A stretch of 64,000 bases of DNA from Gammaproteobacteria bacterium (GTDB taxonomy: Bacteria > Pseudomonadota > Gammaproteobacteria > UBA4575): positions 256,001 to 320,000 of the forward strand of contig CBDEUS010000001.1 in assembly GCA_965243395.1 (NCBI GenBank). Direction: 5' to 3'. A program made the translations under genes and the position numbers. Positions 49,536 to 59,577 of the stretch are shown here, piece after piece. The notes below the pieces were generated by a model that made no database searches, was not told the origin of the DNA, and was given only the letters and a program-made list of their open reading frames with translations. Position 1 is the stretch's first letter. The number at the start of each line of letters is the position of its first letter.

Positions 49536-51560
49536 TCAAAGGCCCAATGAGGCGCCAAATATTATTCCTCTTCCTGGTAACACAACACGATCTTTCGTGA
49601 ATGAAGTATGTTGGCGTGCATCTTCATCCAGCAAGTTTTCACCTTTAACAAATACTTTTATATCTGAGTTTCCGGCATAGAATGTTTTAGAAAGGCTTGC
49701 ATCTAGCATGGTGTAGCTATCCGTATCGGTTTCAAGATCCGCTTCGTTGTTTGAGTCATCTACATAGATAAGATCAATACTTCCGTCCCAAGTATTTCGA
49801 TAAAATTCTAAGCCTAGTCCTACACGTCCCGTAGGAATACGTGGTACATCACCTGCATCACTATCGTCGAATTCTGCTCGTACATAATCACCAAATATGC
49901 GGCCACGTAGATCATATATATTATTACTAACGAGTTGCTTCACAAACTCGGCTTCAATGCCGTAAAACTCTGCATCCTCATTCTCGAAGACACCTAGGAG
50001 TAATTCACCATTCAGGTCAAACACGCCGTCTTCATCAACGCGATCGGCAATACCATCATTATTGGCATCTACACCCGCAAGATAAATAAAATCATCGATA
50101 CGGTTGTAGTAGGTATTTACTGCCCAGCTGTGACTACTTTTATTTTGTTCAAGACCAAGTTCAATACTGTAGGAGGTTTCCTCATCAATATCGGTTGATC
50201 CGATTTCAAACGTCAGGGTAGCTAGGTGAGGGCCGTCAGCATATAACGCAGTTTCTTGTGGTGCACGTTCACTACGTGCAACAAATACATTAAATTGCAT
50301 ATCATTAGCCAATTGGCGTTGCGCACCGAATGAAACTGAGAAAACGCTAAAATCTTCATCATCACCGTTATCAGGATCGAATTCATCGCGATCAAAGCGA
50401 ATCCCCCCTTCCAAATCCCATATTTCACTGTGGTGATGGCTGACTGCAAAGATTCCATATCGTTCCTGATCCAGAGGCTGAATAAAAGCCTCTTCACCCA
50501 CAGCGGCAAACTCGCGATCGTTATACTGCACGCCAAATGCATTTTTCCAATCGTCATTAACGATATGAATAAACTCAAGTCTGGATTCTAGCTCTTCATT
50601 ATCAAATGTCGTGGCAATTTCTCCATCTTCTTCAATTTCAAAATGACGGTAATTATTGTAAGTGGAGCGAAGTGATATTTTTTCAATGTTGCTGAAAGGG
50701 TTGTACAGCTCAGCAAGCATGTCATAGCGATATTGTTTGAGATCGATACGAATATCGCCTTCTTCTGCTCCGGGCACACCAAAATTAGTATCAAAGCGGT
50801 TAAAGGCAATACCGATCATGCCTTGATCCGTAATATAACTTGCACCTAAACCATGGTTGTCGGCTTCTACATCACTGTTGGTTAATTTGCCACGATTTTC
50901 TGGTTCATCATCATTTGCGAATCCATCAATTTCATAATCGTTAGTGTCTCTGGTTAAACCATCAAAATGCCAAGCAAATGAATTATGCGAACCATTAAGT
51001 TCTAACGCCGCTGTTTCACCGTCTGATACCGTGGCATGTTCCACTACAGCGTTTAATTCGAATGGCCTGGTGTTTAAAGACCTTGGAATTCGTTTATTAA
51101 TAATATTCACTACACCACCAATTGCACTTGGACCAAAACGCAAGGTTGCTGGTCCACGGAGGATTTCAACTTGCTTAGCAAAGTAGGGCTCAATTGAAAC
51201 AGGGTGGTCCTCACTTAGACTGGAAACATCTAGTGCACCGATTCCATTTTCAAGTACCCGCACTCGGTTGCTACCTAAACCGCGAATGATTGGTCTACTT
51301 GCGCCAGGCGCAAAGTAAGTAGAGCTCACACCGAGCTCATTTTTAACGGTTTCACCAATTGAGTTGGATAGCTTGCGTTCCAGCTCTTCACCCCTGAGGA
51401 TATCAACGGATTGAGTAAACTCATCCGGTTTTTCGCCGGGAAACCAGCTTGATTCAATTACAATTTCAGGCAAAGTAGATTTTCCTGAAGTAGCTTCATC
51501 ATCTGCATACAAATTGGTGCTTAATAAAAGTAATAAACAAATAGCAATACGTGTGCGCAT
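49536..51560 (-). CDS. TonB-dependent receptor, ZnuD-like
   Basis: GASRPIIRG, EILRGPATL, GPHLAT, beta-barrel C-terminus; Zur-like boxes upstream. Confidence 0.88.
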   Translation of the reverse strand: MRTRIAICLLLLLSTNLYADDEATSGKSTLPEIVIESSWFPGEKPDEFTQSVDILRGEELERKLSNSIGETVKNELGVSSTYFAPGASRPIIRGLGSNRVRVLENGIGALDVSSLSEDHPVSIEPYFAKQVEILRGPATLRFGPSAIGGVVNIINKRIPRSLNTRPFELNAVVEHATVSDGETAALELNGSHNSFAWHFDGLTRDTNDYEIDGFANDDEPENRGKLTNSDVEADNHGLGASYITDQGMIGIAFNRFDTNFGVPGAEEGDIRIDLKQYRYDMLAELYNPFSNIEKISLRSTYNNYRHFEIEEDGEIATTFDNEELESRLEFIHIVNDDWKNAFGVQYNDREFAAVGEEAFIQPLDQERYGIFAVSHHHSEIWDLEGGIRFDRDEFDPDNGDDEDFSVFSVSFGAQRQLANDMQFNVFVARSERAPQETALYADGPHLATLTFEIGSTDIDEETSYSIELGLEQNKSSHSWAVNTYYNRIDDFIYLAGVDANNDGIADRVDEDGVFDLNGELLLGVFENEDAEFYGIEAEFVKQLVSNNIYDLRGRIFGDYVRAEFDDSDAGDVPRIPTGRVGLGLEFYRNTWDGSIDLIYVDDSNNEADLETDTDSYTMLDASLSKTFYAGNSDIKVFVKGENLLDEDARQHTSFTKDRVVLPGRGIIFGASLGL

Positions 51561-51672
51561 TATTTTTCTCCAACACATGTGAAAACTCTATAGAACAGAG
51601 CCATAAAAAATTACAAAATTTAAATGGTGTAAATTTATGAGTTACTTATAGTTAACGTTATATATATACATA

Positions 51673-51707
51673 ATGTTATATTATAACATAGTGTTATATT
51701 ATAACAT
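51673..51707. promoter_or_regulatory. tandem Zur-like boxes
   Basis: ATGTTATATTATAACAT and GTGTTATATTATAACAT; Zur consensus is TGTTATAWTATAACA. Confidence 0.8.
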
Positions 51708-51846
51708 TGCGTAGATCTCTAAATATACCCAATTTGCGCTTACTGGTAATTTCAGTTTTGTATTTCCTGCCCTAGTGCACTCAAGTACTCTATTTATTTG
51801 TCCTTAAATTAGCCGAAATGGCTTATTGCACATAAAATAATCATCC

Positions 51847-52572
51847 ATGTCTGAAAGAATTCAAAAATTTTTGGCCAACCAGGGGGTTGCATCGCGTAGA
51901 GTAATTGAGCGGTGGATTAAAGCGGGAGATATAGTGGTAGATGGCGAGCTTTGTACTTTGGGGCAAAGTATTTCGGGAAAAGAGCGTATCGAAATCCGAG
52001 GTGAGTTGCTTAATTTAAAAGCCGATATTCATAGTCGAGTCATTCTGTATAACAAGCCCACAGGTGAAATTGTTTCACGTTCGGATCCTGAAAATCGGCC
52101 CACCGTTTTTGAAAATTTACCTCGTTTGAAATCTGGCCGTTGGGTTTCAGTCGGGCGGTTGGATGTAAATACTTCTGGACTACTTTTATTTACCACTGAT
52201 GGCGCATTGGCAAATGAACTTATGCATCCACGAAATCAAATTGAACGTGAATATCGTGTACGTGTACAAGGTAAAGTAACAAATGAAATGATGTCCAACC
52301 TTCAAAAAGGTGTTTACTTAGAGGACGGTTTAGCAAAGTTGAAAATTCTCGAAGTGCAAGAAGGCAAGGGTTCCAATACATGGTGTCGTGTTGTGTTAAA
52401 CGAGGGGCGAAACAGAGAAGTGCGTAGAATTTGGGAATCTCAAAACCTACGTGTAAGTCGATTGATACGTACACGGTTCGGTTCAATCGAGCTACCAAGA
52501 GAGTTAAGAATGGGTAAGTATATCGATCTTACGCCGAGTCAATTCCGTACTTTAAAAAACTTAGTTCAGTGA
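51847..52572 (+). CDS. rluB: 23S rRNA pseudouridine synthase RluB
   Basis: S4 domain, VGRLDVNTSGLL, EGRNREVRR; near scpAB. Confidence 0.88.
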   Translation: MSERIQKFLANQGVASRRVIERWIKAGDIVVDGELCTLGQSISGKERIEIRGELLNLKADIHSRVILYNKPTGEIVSRSDPENRPTVFENLPRLKSGRWVSVGRLDVNTSGLLLFTTDGALANELMHPRNQIEREYRVRVQGKVTNEMMSNLQKGVYLEDGLAKLKILEVQEGKGSNTWCRVVLNEGRNREVRRIWESQNLRVSRLIRTRFGSIELPRELRMGKYIDLTPSQFRTLKNLVQ

Positions 52573-52580
52573 TGTAATCA

Positions 52581-53357
52581 TTAACCCGCAAACTCAGGGT
52601 TAAGCTTGTAGTTTGTGCCAGTGGTCCCTTTGCTATCTGGGCCGATAAAATATAAATAGGGCGCAATTACATCTTCTGGTGGGGCAAAGTCTTCAGGATT
52701 AATTCCCGGGAAATTTGTTAAGCGTAATTTTGTTCGTACCGGTGCGGGGTCCACGCCATTTACACGAATAGGTTTATCACTGTCCAGTTCTTTTGCAAGA
52801 ATTTCCATCATTCCAAGTTGTGCAGATTTGGCTACACCGTAAGCGCCCCAATAGGCTTTGGAGCAATCATGTGTGGAAAATACAATGCTTGGATCATCAG
52901 ATAATTCAAGTAATGGAATGCAACACTTTAATAATAAGAAAGGTGCATGTTGATTGATTGTGATTGTTTTCAGCCAAGTATCCAATTGAAAATTCCTAAT
53001 GCCTTGCATAGCTTCTATATAACCCGCATTTAAAACTAATGAATCTATAGCTTTGTTATTTTCAATCAGGTGGTTAGCAAATTTAATATAATCCTGTTCA
53101 CCGGCGGTGCTCAGGTCTAATGAATAGTACTTGTGTTCATGGCCAAATGATTTAGAGAGTTCATCAGTAAGGGAACTTAAACTGCTTTCATTTTTGCCAA
53201 GCAACAAAAGTTCAGCGCCCAGTTCAGCGCATGCATAGGATAATGCTCTACCAATGCCATCCGTCGCACCGGTAATTAAAATAAGTCTGTTTAAAAGACA
53301 GTCTTTTTTTGGCTTGTAAGTATTGAGACTAATGTTTCTATTGATAGGTGTAGACAT
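52581..53357 (-). CDS. YciK-like short-chain dehydrogenase
   Basis: TGATDGIG, AYWGAYGVAK. Confidence 0.85.
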   Translation of the reverse strand: MSTPINRNISLNTYKPKKDCLLNRLILITGATDGIGRALSYACAELGAELLLLGKNESSLSSLTDELSKSFGHEHKYYSLDLSTAGEQDYIKFANHLIENNKAIDSLVLNAGYIEAMQGIRNFQLDTWLKTITINQHAPFLLLKCCIPLLELSDDPSIVFSTHDCSKAYWGAYGVAKSAQLGMMEILAKELDSDKPIRVNGVDPAPVRTKLRLTNFPGINPEDFAPPEDVIAPYLYFIGPDSKGTTGTNYKLNPEFAG

Positions 53358-53425
53358 TTAATAGAACGAAGTTCTATAAAAAATAGAATTGTATATTAAT
53401 TAATGTAGTAATAGAAAATGTTGAA

Positions 53426-54055
53426 TTATTTTCTTGCGCTGATAAATATTCCTCTGCGGAATAAATAACCTAATACTTGGTTTGTACATTCCTCTAATGA
53501 GTTTGTTCCAGTGTCAACAATTAAATCAGCGTTTTCAGGTTCTTCATAAGGCGAGGAAATACCCGTGAAGTCTTTAATTTTGCCTTCACGTGCTTTTTTG
53601 TATAGGCCTTTCACATCTCGTTCTTCGCAGATCTCTAAAGAGCACTTGCAGTACACCTCAATGAAATCATCTTCGCCAATCAATGCTCTAGCATTTTGAC
53701 GGTCTTCCTGAACAGGAGAGATAAATGCGGTGAAAGTAATGAGTCCGGCATCGGCTGTTAGTTTGCACATCTCAGATATACGGCGCAGGTTTTCTTTTCG
53801 ATCTTCTAGAGAGAAACCCAAATCACCACACAATCCGTGTCGCACATTATCCCCGTCAAATACGTAGGTAAGGCAATTCCGGTTGTGTAACTCTTCTTCA
53901 ACAGAATGCGCCAATGTAGACTTTCCAGCCCCCGATAAACCGGTGAACCAAAGTACAACGCCATTGTGTCCAAGAATATTCTCTCTTCTGCCTCGTGTGA
54001 CGGTTGCTTGATGATAAACAACATCAGGACTGATTTTTCTTGCTGAGCTCGACAT
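53426..54055 (-). CDS. cysC: adenylyl-sulfate kinase
   Basis: WFTGLSGAGKST, DGDNVRHGL, RDVKGLY, FTGISSPYE. Confidence 0.96.
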   Translation of the reverse strand: MSSSARKISPDVVYHQATVTRGRRENILGHNGVVLWFTGLSGAGKSTLAHSVEEELHNRNCLTYVFDGDNVRHGLCGDLGFSLEDRKENLRRISEMCKLTADAGLITFTAFISPVQEDRQNARALIGEDDFIEVYCKCSLEICEERDVKGLYKKAREGKIKDFTGISSPYEEPENADLIVDTGTNSLEECTNQVLGYLFRRGIFISARK

Positions 54056-54171
54056 AAAATGAATGCTATTTATTATTCTGAAGGGTGATTATTCTACAAA
54101 TAATTTTGGCAAACTGTTAAATCTGTTTAGTTTCTTAGGGTATTTTTTTAATATTTATTTACTTATATAAC

Positions 54172-55452
54172 TTAATGTTTTATAGAATTTTTTGGTGAAT
54201 TTTCAACAATTTTAAGCTCAGGGATGGTTTTTTTCTTTTCTATGCCAAGCTCAGTAAATTTTCTGGCCCCGCTGAGTACCTGCCGGTCTAATGAGCCGAT
54301 GGCTTTATTGTACTGCTCCACACTTGAATCGAGGTTTTTACCAAGCTTATGTAAATGTTCAGCAAATGTAGCCAGGCGGTGATAGAGGTCTTCGCCCAGC
54401 TCACGAATTTTCTCTGCATTTTCTGCCACAGCGATCTGACGCCAACCAAATGCGACTGCACGCAGTAAGGCGATAATACTGGTTGGGGTAGCAAGGATAA
54501 CTTTATTTTTCAAAGCATCTTCTAATAATTGTGGATCCTGCTCCAAAGCCGCAGAAAGAAATTGTTCGCCCGGAATAAATAACACCACGAAATCAGGCGA
54601 ATTTTTAAACTGATTCCAATATGCTTTACTGGAAAGTTCGCGCATGCGTTCGCGAACATTTCGGGCATGTCGTACTAATGCACTTTCACGTGCATTTTCA
54701 TCAGTTGTTTGGCTGGCGTTTAAGTAGGCATCTAGTGGTGTTTTTGCATCAATTATAAGTTCACGTTTGTCTGGCATGCGTACTACCATGTCAGGGCGCA
54801 TTCGCGAATCGGCATCATCACTTTGTTGTTGTTCGTAAAAATCACAATGATCTACCATGCCTGCAAGCTCGGCGATACGTTTTAATGTGAGTTCTCCCCA
54901 TTGCCCTCGAACTTCGGGGCGCCGTAGCGCTTGCACTAAGTTTTGTGTTTCCAGGCGTAAATCTGACTGTGATTCATTGATAATTTTTAAATGTTGTGAG
55001 AGTGAGCCAAAGGATTCTTTGCGATCTTTTTCAATCGATTGGATTTGCTCTTCAGTTTGCTTAAGTGCTGATTGAATTGGCTGTAAAAGAGTTTCAATTG
55101 ATTTTTCTTTTTTCTCTAAATTTGCCTCAGCTTGAATTTGAAATTGTGAAAGTTTTTCTTTCGCTAAGGCGAGAAAGTTTTCATTATTAAGTTTTAGTGC
55201 TTGTTGGGAAAGGGTAGAGAAAGAGTTTTCTAATTGCTTTCGTGATTCTTCTATGGTTTCAATTTTTTCGAGATAACGCTCTTTTTCTAATTGCAGCTGC
55301 ATGGATAGTTGCTGGGAAATAGATTCTAGTTTTTCTCGCTCCCTGCGAGCACGACTTCGCATGATGAGTGCACCTAATGCAGCACTGAGTAAACATAAAC
55401 TCGCGCATAACAGCACAAATTGCCAAGTGTTTTGAAGTTCTACACTTATCAT
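54172..55452 (-). CDS. rmuC: DNA recombination protein RmuC
   Basis: RGQWGE, RPD, IDAK, PDFVVLFIPGE. Confidence 0.93.
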   Translation of the reverse strand: MISVELQNTWQFVLLCASLCLLSAALGALIMRSRARREREKLESISQQLSMQLQLEKERYLEKIETIEESRKQLENSFSTLSQQALKLNNENFLALAKEKLSQFQIQAEANLEKKEKSIETLLQPIQSALKQTEEQIQSIEKDRKESFGSLSQHLKIINESQSDLRLETQNLVQALRRPEVRGQWGELTLKRIAELAGMVDHCDFYEQQQSDDADSRMRPDMVVRMPDKRELIIDAKTPLDAYLNASQTTDENARESALVRHARNVRERMRELSSKAYWNQFKNSPDFVVLFIPGEQFLSAALEQDPQLLEDALKNKVILATPTSIIALLRAVAFGWRQIAVAENAEKIRELGEDLYHRLATFAEHLHKLGKNLDSSVEQYNKAIGSLDRQVLSGARKFTELGIEKKKTIPELKIVENSPKNSIKH

Positions 55453-55466
55453 GTAGATATTGTCGA

Positions 55467-56153
55467 TCAGCTTTTGCTAAAAAGCCAATCCTTTAAATGT
55501 AGGGCGTGTTGTAAGACGACATCTGATCCCCAGTTTTCGGGATTTTGATTGTCCTGAATATATCCATAGGCTGCCACAGCAGTTTGCATGCCAGCTGCTT
55601 TCCCGGCTTGAACGTCTCTGGGGTCATCGCCCATGTAAACAGTATTTTGCTCGCTGACACCAAGCATATTTGCAGCATGGTATAACTGGTCAGGGTCAGG
55701 TTTTCTGCGTGATAAAGAATCACCACTCACCATGCACACTGCGCGAAAAGCAATACCCAGTTCTTGAACTAATGGTTCTGCAAGCGCACCGGGTTTATTT
55801 GTGACAATTCCCCACGGTATTTCAAACTCGTCAAGTGAATCTAATAATTCATATATACCGGGAAAGAGTTTGGTTTGTTTACATAAATTTTCGGCATAAA
55901 TTTCTAAGAATTCATCACGCAGTTGCATGCTGTGTTGTTCTTCCAGTGGCTCATCAAAACCAAGCTGAATCATGGCGACACTACCGCGAGATGTATGTGG
56001 CCTAACAGACTGATAATCAAGCGTAGGCTTGTTGTATCGTTGAAAAAGAATATTTAACGCATCAGTCATATCCGGAGATGTATCTGCAAGCGTACCATCT
56101 AAATCAAAAAGTACAGCTTGAACACGTGCATTATTTGACATTGAGTTATGCAT
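55467..56153 (-). CDS. HAD phosphatase (phosphoglycolate phosphatase/MupP-like)
   Basis: FDLDGTL, WGIVTNKP, KPDP, MGDD; downstream of ubiG. Confidence 0.88.
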   Translation of the reverse strand: MHNSMSNNARVQAVLFDLDGTLADTSPDMTDALNILFQRYNKPTLDYQSVRPHTSRGSVAMIQLGFDEPLEEQHSMQLRDEFLEIYAENLCKQTKLFPGIYELLDSLDEFEIPWGIVTNKPGALAEPLVQELGIAFRAVCMVSGDSLSRRKPDPDQLYHAANMLGVSEQNTVYMGDDPRDVQAGKAAGMQTAVAAYGYIQDNQNPENWGSDVVLQHALHLKDWLFSKS

Positions 56154-56866
56154 TAATTTTTTTGTGCAAACACAATATAGTTTACGCTGGTATCGGAAGA
56201 TAATTTGTAGACTTTAGTCAAAGGATTGTATGTCATACCAATTATTTCGTTGCTGTGTAATTTAGCTTGACGAATCCAACCGTCCAATTCTGAAGGTCGT
56301 ATTAGTTTTTCGTAATGGTGAGTGCCTCTGGGTAAAAGATTCAGCACATATTCAGCGCCGATAATTGCAAATAAAAAAGATTTTGGGTTGCGGTTAATGG
56401 TTGAGAAAAACACTTTTCCATCAGGTTTGAGTAAATTTGAACATGCTTGAACAATGGCAGCAGGGTCAGGGACATGCTCTAACATTTCCATGCAGGTAAC
56501 CACGTCATAAGTTTGTGGTTCCTGAGTCGCGATCTCTTCAGCAGAGATAGCTTGATAATCAATATCCACGTCAGTTTCTTTTGCATGTATTTTGGCAACA
56601 GCAAGCGGTGCCTCGCCCAAGTCTATCCCTTTTACTATGGCGCCGCGTGTCGCCATTGATTCAGATAGAATGCCGCCCCCACAGCCAATATCTAAAACTT
56701 TTTTCCCAGCGAGCCCCACATGGTTATCAATAAAATCTAGCCGCAAAGGATTAATATCATGAAGAGGTTTAAATTCACTCTCTTTATCCCACCATCGATA
56801 CGCCAAGGCTTCAAACTTTGCGAGTTCTGCTTCGTCAACATTCAAATTTTTTTGTGAGTTGGGCAT
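56153..56866 (-). CDS. ubiG: ubiquinone O-methyltransferase
   Basis: [27 protein letters not shown]. Confidence 0.96.
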   Translation of the reverse strand: MPNSQKNLNVDEAELAKFEALAYRWWDKESEFKPLHDINPLRLDFIDNHVGLAGKKVLDIGCGGGILSESMATRGAIVKGIDLGEAPLAVAKIHAKETDVDIDYQAISAEEIATQEPQTYDVVTCMEMLEHVPDPAAIVQACSNLLKPDGKVFFSTINRNPKSFLFAIIGAEYVLNLLPRGTHHYEKLIRPSELDGWIRQAKLHSNEIIGMTYNPLTKVYKLSSDTSVNYIVFAQKN

Positions 56867-56873
56867 GTAAGCT

Positions 56874-58199
56874 CTAATTTAAAATTTTTTGATTAAGTTT
56901 TTTTGTTTTTGCTAAAACTTCTTCTTCATCGAGTGTTAATAATTCACGATTACTTAGTAATTGTTTGCCAGCAATCCACACATCTGATACTTGGTTGCGT
57001 TGCGTGGCATAGACTAAATGTCCAATAGGGTCATATATGGGTTGTGCTTCAAGCGTATCAATATCAATCACACACAGGTCGGCAGACTTACCGATTTCTA
57101 AAGAACCTGTCTCTTGTTCTATACCTAAAGCAATGGCTGCATTAATGGTTGCACAGCGTAATGTTTCGTAAGCAGGAAGCGCTGCTGCGTTGTTTGCAAT
57201 ACCCTTTGCCAATAGTGCAGCAGTGTGCATTTCATTTAGCATATCCAAGTCATCATTACTGGCGCAACTATCCGTACCAATTGTGACATTAACATTTTTA
57301 TCTTTGAGTTTTTGTACCGGGCAAAACCCACTCGCTAGTTTTAAATTGGACTGTGGACAATGCACAATATTCGCATTGTTTTCAGCAAGCAGATCTATTT
57401 CATCTTCTTCCAGGTGGGTCATATGCACTGCCACTAAGCTGCTATTTATTAGACCGATATCATGTAGTCGTTGGATGGGTCGTGCATTGTATTGATCCAA
57501 GCTTTGTGAAATTTCATCTTGTGTTTCGTGTAGATGAATATGCACGGGTAATTCTAGTTCGTTGGCTAACACCGCTACGCGCTCTAACGGAGGGTTTGAA
57601 ACCGTGTAAGGCGCATGTGGAGCAAAGGCACATTTTACTAAAGGGTGAGTTTTATATTGATCATGTAAAGCTAAACCCTTTGAAAAATATTCATCGATAT
57701 CTTTTGCATATTGTGTGGGAAAATCTAAAAGGATCATGCCAATATGGGCACGCATTCCTGATTTAGTGACCTCCTGTGCGGAGTTTTCAGCATAAAAGTA
57801 CATGTCATTAAAACAAGTCACACCACCACGCAACATTTCAGCAATGGCAAGCTGTGTGCCTAATTGAACAAATTCTTCATTTACCCATTTTTGTTCGGCA
57901 GGCCAGATATGTTTTTCTAACCATTCCATTAACGGGAGGTCATTCGCTAAACCGCGAAGTAAAGTCATCGCAGCATGAGTATGGGTGTTAATTAAGCCGG
58001 GTATAACTATGTGGTGATCATAATGCGGACTTAAATCACTGGAATATTTCTGTTTAGCCTCTGAGGTAGGCAAAATGTCCAGTATGCGGCCATCCTGAAT
58101 CGCGATGCTGTGATTAATAAGTGCACGCTCGCTTTTGTCTGCACGGCTATTTACTGGGATCAGCGTGCTGCAATGAATCAGGGTTTGGACTTGTTGCAT
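56874..58199 (-). CDS. TRZ/ATZ-family amidohydrolase (MTA/SAH deaminase-like)
   Basis: NTHTH, APHAPYT, HLHET, GTD..SN; divergent from mtnA. Confidence 0.88.
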   Translation of the reverse strand: MQQVQTLIHCSTLIPVNSRADKSERALINHSIAIQDGRILDILPTSEAKQKYSSDLSPHYDHHIVIPGLINTHTHAAMTLLRGLANDLPLMEWLEKHIWPAEQKWVNEEFVQLGTQLAIAEMLRGGVTCFNDMYFYAENSAQEVTKSGMRAHIGMILLDFPTQYAKDIDEYFSKGLALHDQYKTHPLVKCAFAPHAPYTVSNPPLERVAVLANELELPVHIHLHETQDEISQSLDQYNARPIQRLHDIGLINSSLVAVHMTHLEEDEIDLLAENNANIVHCPQSNLKLASGFCPVQKLKDKNVNVTIGTDSCASNDDLDMLNEMHTAALLAKGIANNAAALPAYETLRCATINAAIALGIEQETGSLEIGKSADLCVIDIDTLEAQPIYDPIGHLVYATQRNQVSDVWIAGKQLLSNRELLTLDEEEVLAKTKKLNQKILN

Positions 58200-58335
58200 G
58201 TATTTTAATTTAATTTATTGTGGACTTTAACAGATTGTTGTGTAGCAACCTACTTAAAGCAACTATTGTAATATTCAATTCGTACAGGGATGTGCATAAT
58301 CTGTATAAAGTAAATTAAAGCTAGTTAAACTAATA

Positions 58336-59379
58336 ATGAAATCATTAGCGGATCAAGCCATTGCGTGGCAAGACAATCAATTAGTCTTGTTAGATCAGAG
58401 AAAGTTGCCTAAAGATGTGCAATACATCCAGTGTCGAAACGTCAATGATGTTATTCATGCAATCAAAAAAATGGTGGTGCGTGGTGCGCCTGCAATTGGA
58501 GTAACTGCCGCGTATGGGGTGGTATTAGCGGCACGCTTACGTTATCAAGACTCGACAACAAACTGGAAGCAAAACATAGAACAAGACTTAAACGAGTTGT
58601 TGTGTGCTAGACCTACAGCAGTGAATTTGAGATGGGCGATTGAGAATATGCGACAAGAAATAGTTAGATCTGGTTCTGAGGATCCTGAACCCGCCTTGTT
58701 AGCTACCGCAAAACGAATTCACCAAGAGGATGTTCAAGCTAATAAAACCCTGGGTGAACTTGGTGCAAATTTACTCAGTAAGGGTTCTGCTGTGTTAACT
58801 CATTGTAACGCAGGTGCTTTAGCAACCGGCGGTTATGGAACTGCATTAGGTGTTATTCGGAGTGCATATGCAGAAAATAAGATAACAGCCATCTATGCTG
58901 ATGAAACTAGGCCATGGTTTCAGGGTACACGTTTAACAGCTTGGGAACTATTGCAAGACAAAATTCCAGTGACCTTGATTTGTGATAGTGCAGCTGCAAG
59001 TTTAATGCGGCAAAAAAAATTGGCATGGGTGATCGTCGGTGCTGATCGTGTCGCCAGTAATGGTGATGTTGCAAATAAAATTGGTACTTATTCTCTAGCT
59101 GTGATGGCACGTGAACATGGTGTAAATTTTATGGTTGCTGCACCAAGTAGCACTATTGATATGCACGTGAACTCAGGTGATGAAATAGAAATCGAAGAGC
59201 GTGCGCATGAAGAGGTTACATCTATTCAAAATGAGTCAATAAGCCCTGAGCAAGCTCAGGTTTGGAACCCTGTTTTTGATATTACACCCGCTGAATATGT
59301 ATCGGTTTTAGTCACCGAAAAAGGGGTGGTGGAATTACCGAATCGCAGCAAAATAAAGAGTTTGATGAAAAGCAAGTAA
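58336..59379 (+). CDS. mtnA: methylthioribose-1-phosphate isomerase
   Basis: VRGAPAIG, RPTAVNL, THCNAGALAT, ETRP, NKIGTY. Confidence 0.95.
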   Translation: MKSLADQAIAWQDNQLVLLDQRKLPKDVQYIQCRNVNDVIHAIKKMVVRGAPAIGVTAAYGVVLAARLRYQDSTTNWKQNIEQDLNELLCARPTAVNLRWAIENMRQEIVRSGSEDPEPALLATAKRIHQEDVQANKTLGELGANLLSKGSAVLTHCNAGALATGGYGTALGVIRSAYAENKITAIYADETRPWFQGTRLTAWELLQDKIPVTLICDSAAASLMRQKKLAWVIVGADRVASNGDVANKIGTYSLAVMAREHGVNFMVAAPSSTIDMHVNSGDEIEIEERAHEEVTSIQNESISPEQAQVWNPVFDITPAEYVSVLVTEKGVVELPNRSKIKSLMKSK

Positions 59380-59577
59380 ATAGGCGATTTTTTGTCCTTG
59401 CCGAAGGTCAAAATGGAGATTCAAAAATAACCAATTTGATATTTAACGCTTTCAGTTAGTTTTTACATGCCTTTTGCTGCAACCCACTCCCCTAGACTTA
59501 TGTTATAATTTATCGCATTAGAGCGAATATAAATTAACGCACATAGACAGATTTTAACTACACAAATTAGCATTTAG

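Noticed and set aside
54172-55452. RmuC as the array recombinase
   Set aside because: A widespread housekeeping gene 17 kb away with no sequence link to the repeats.
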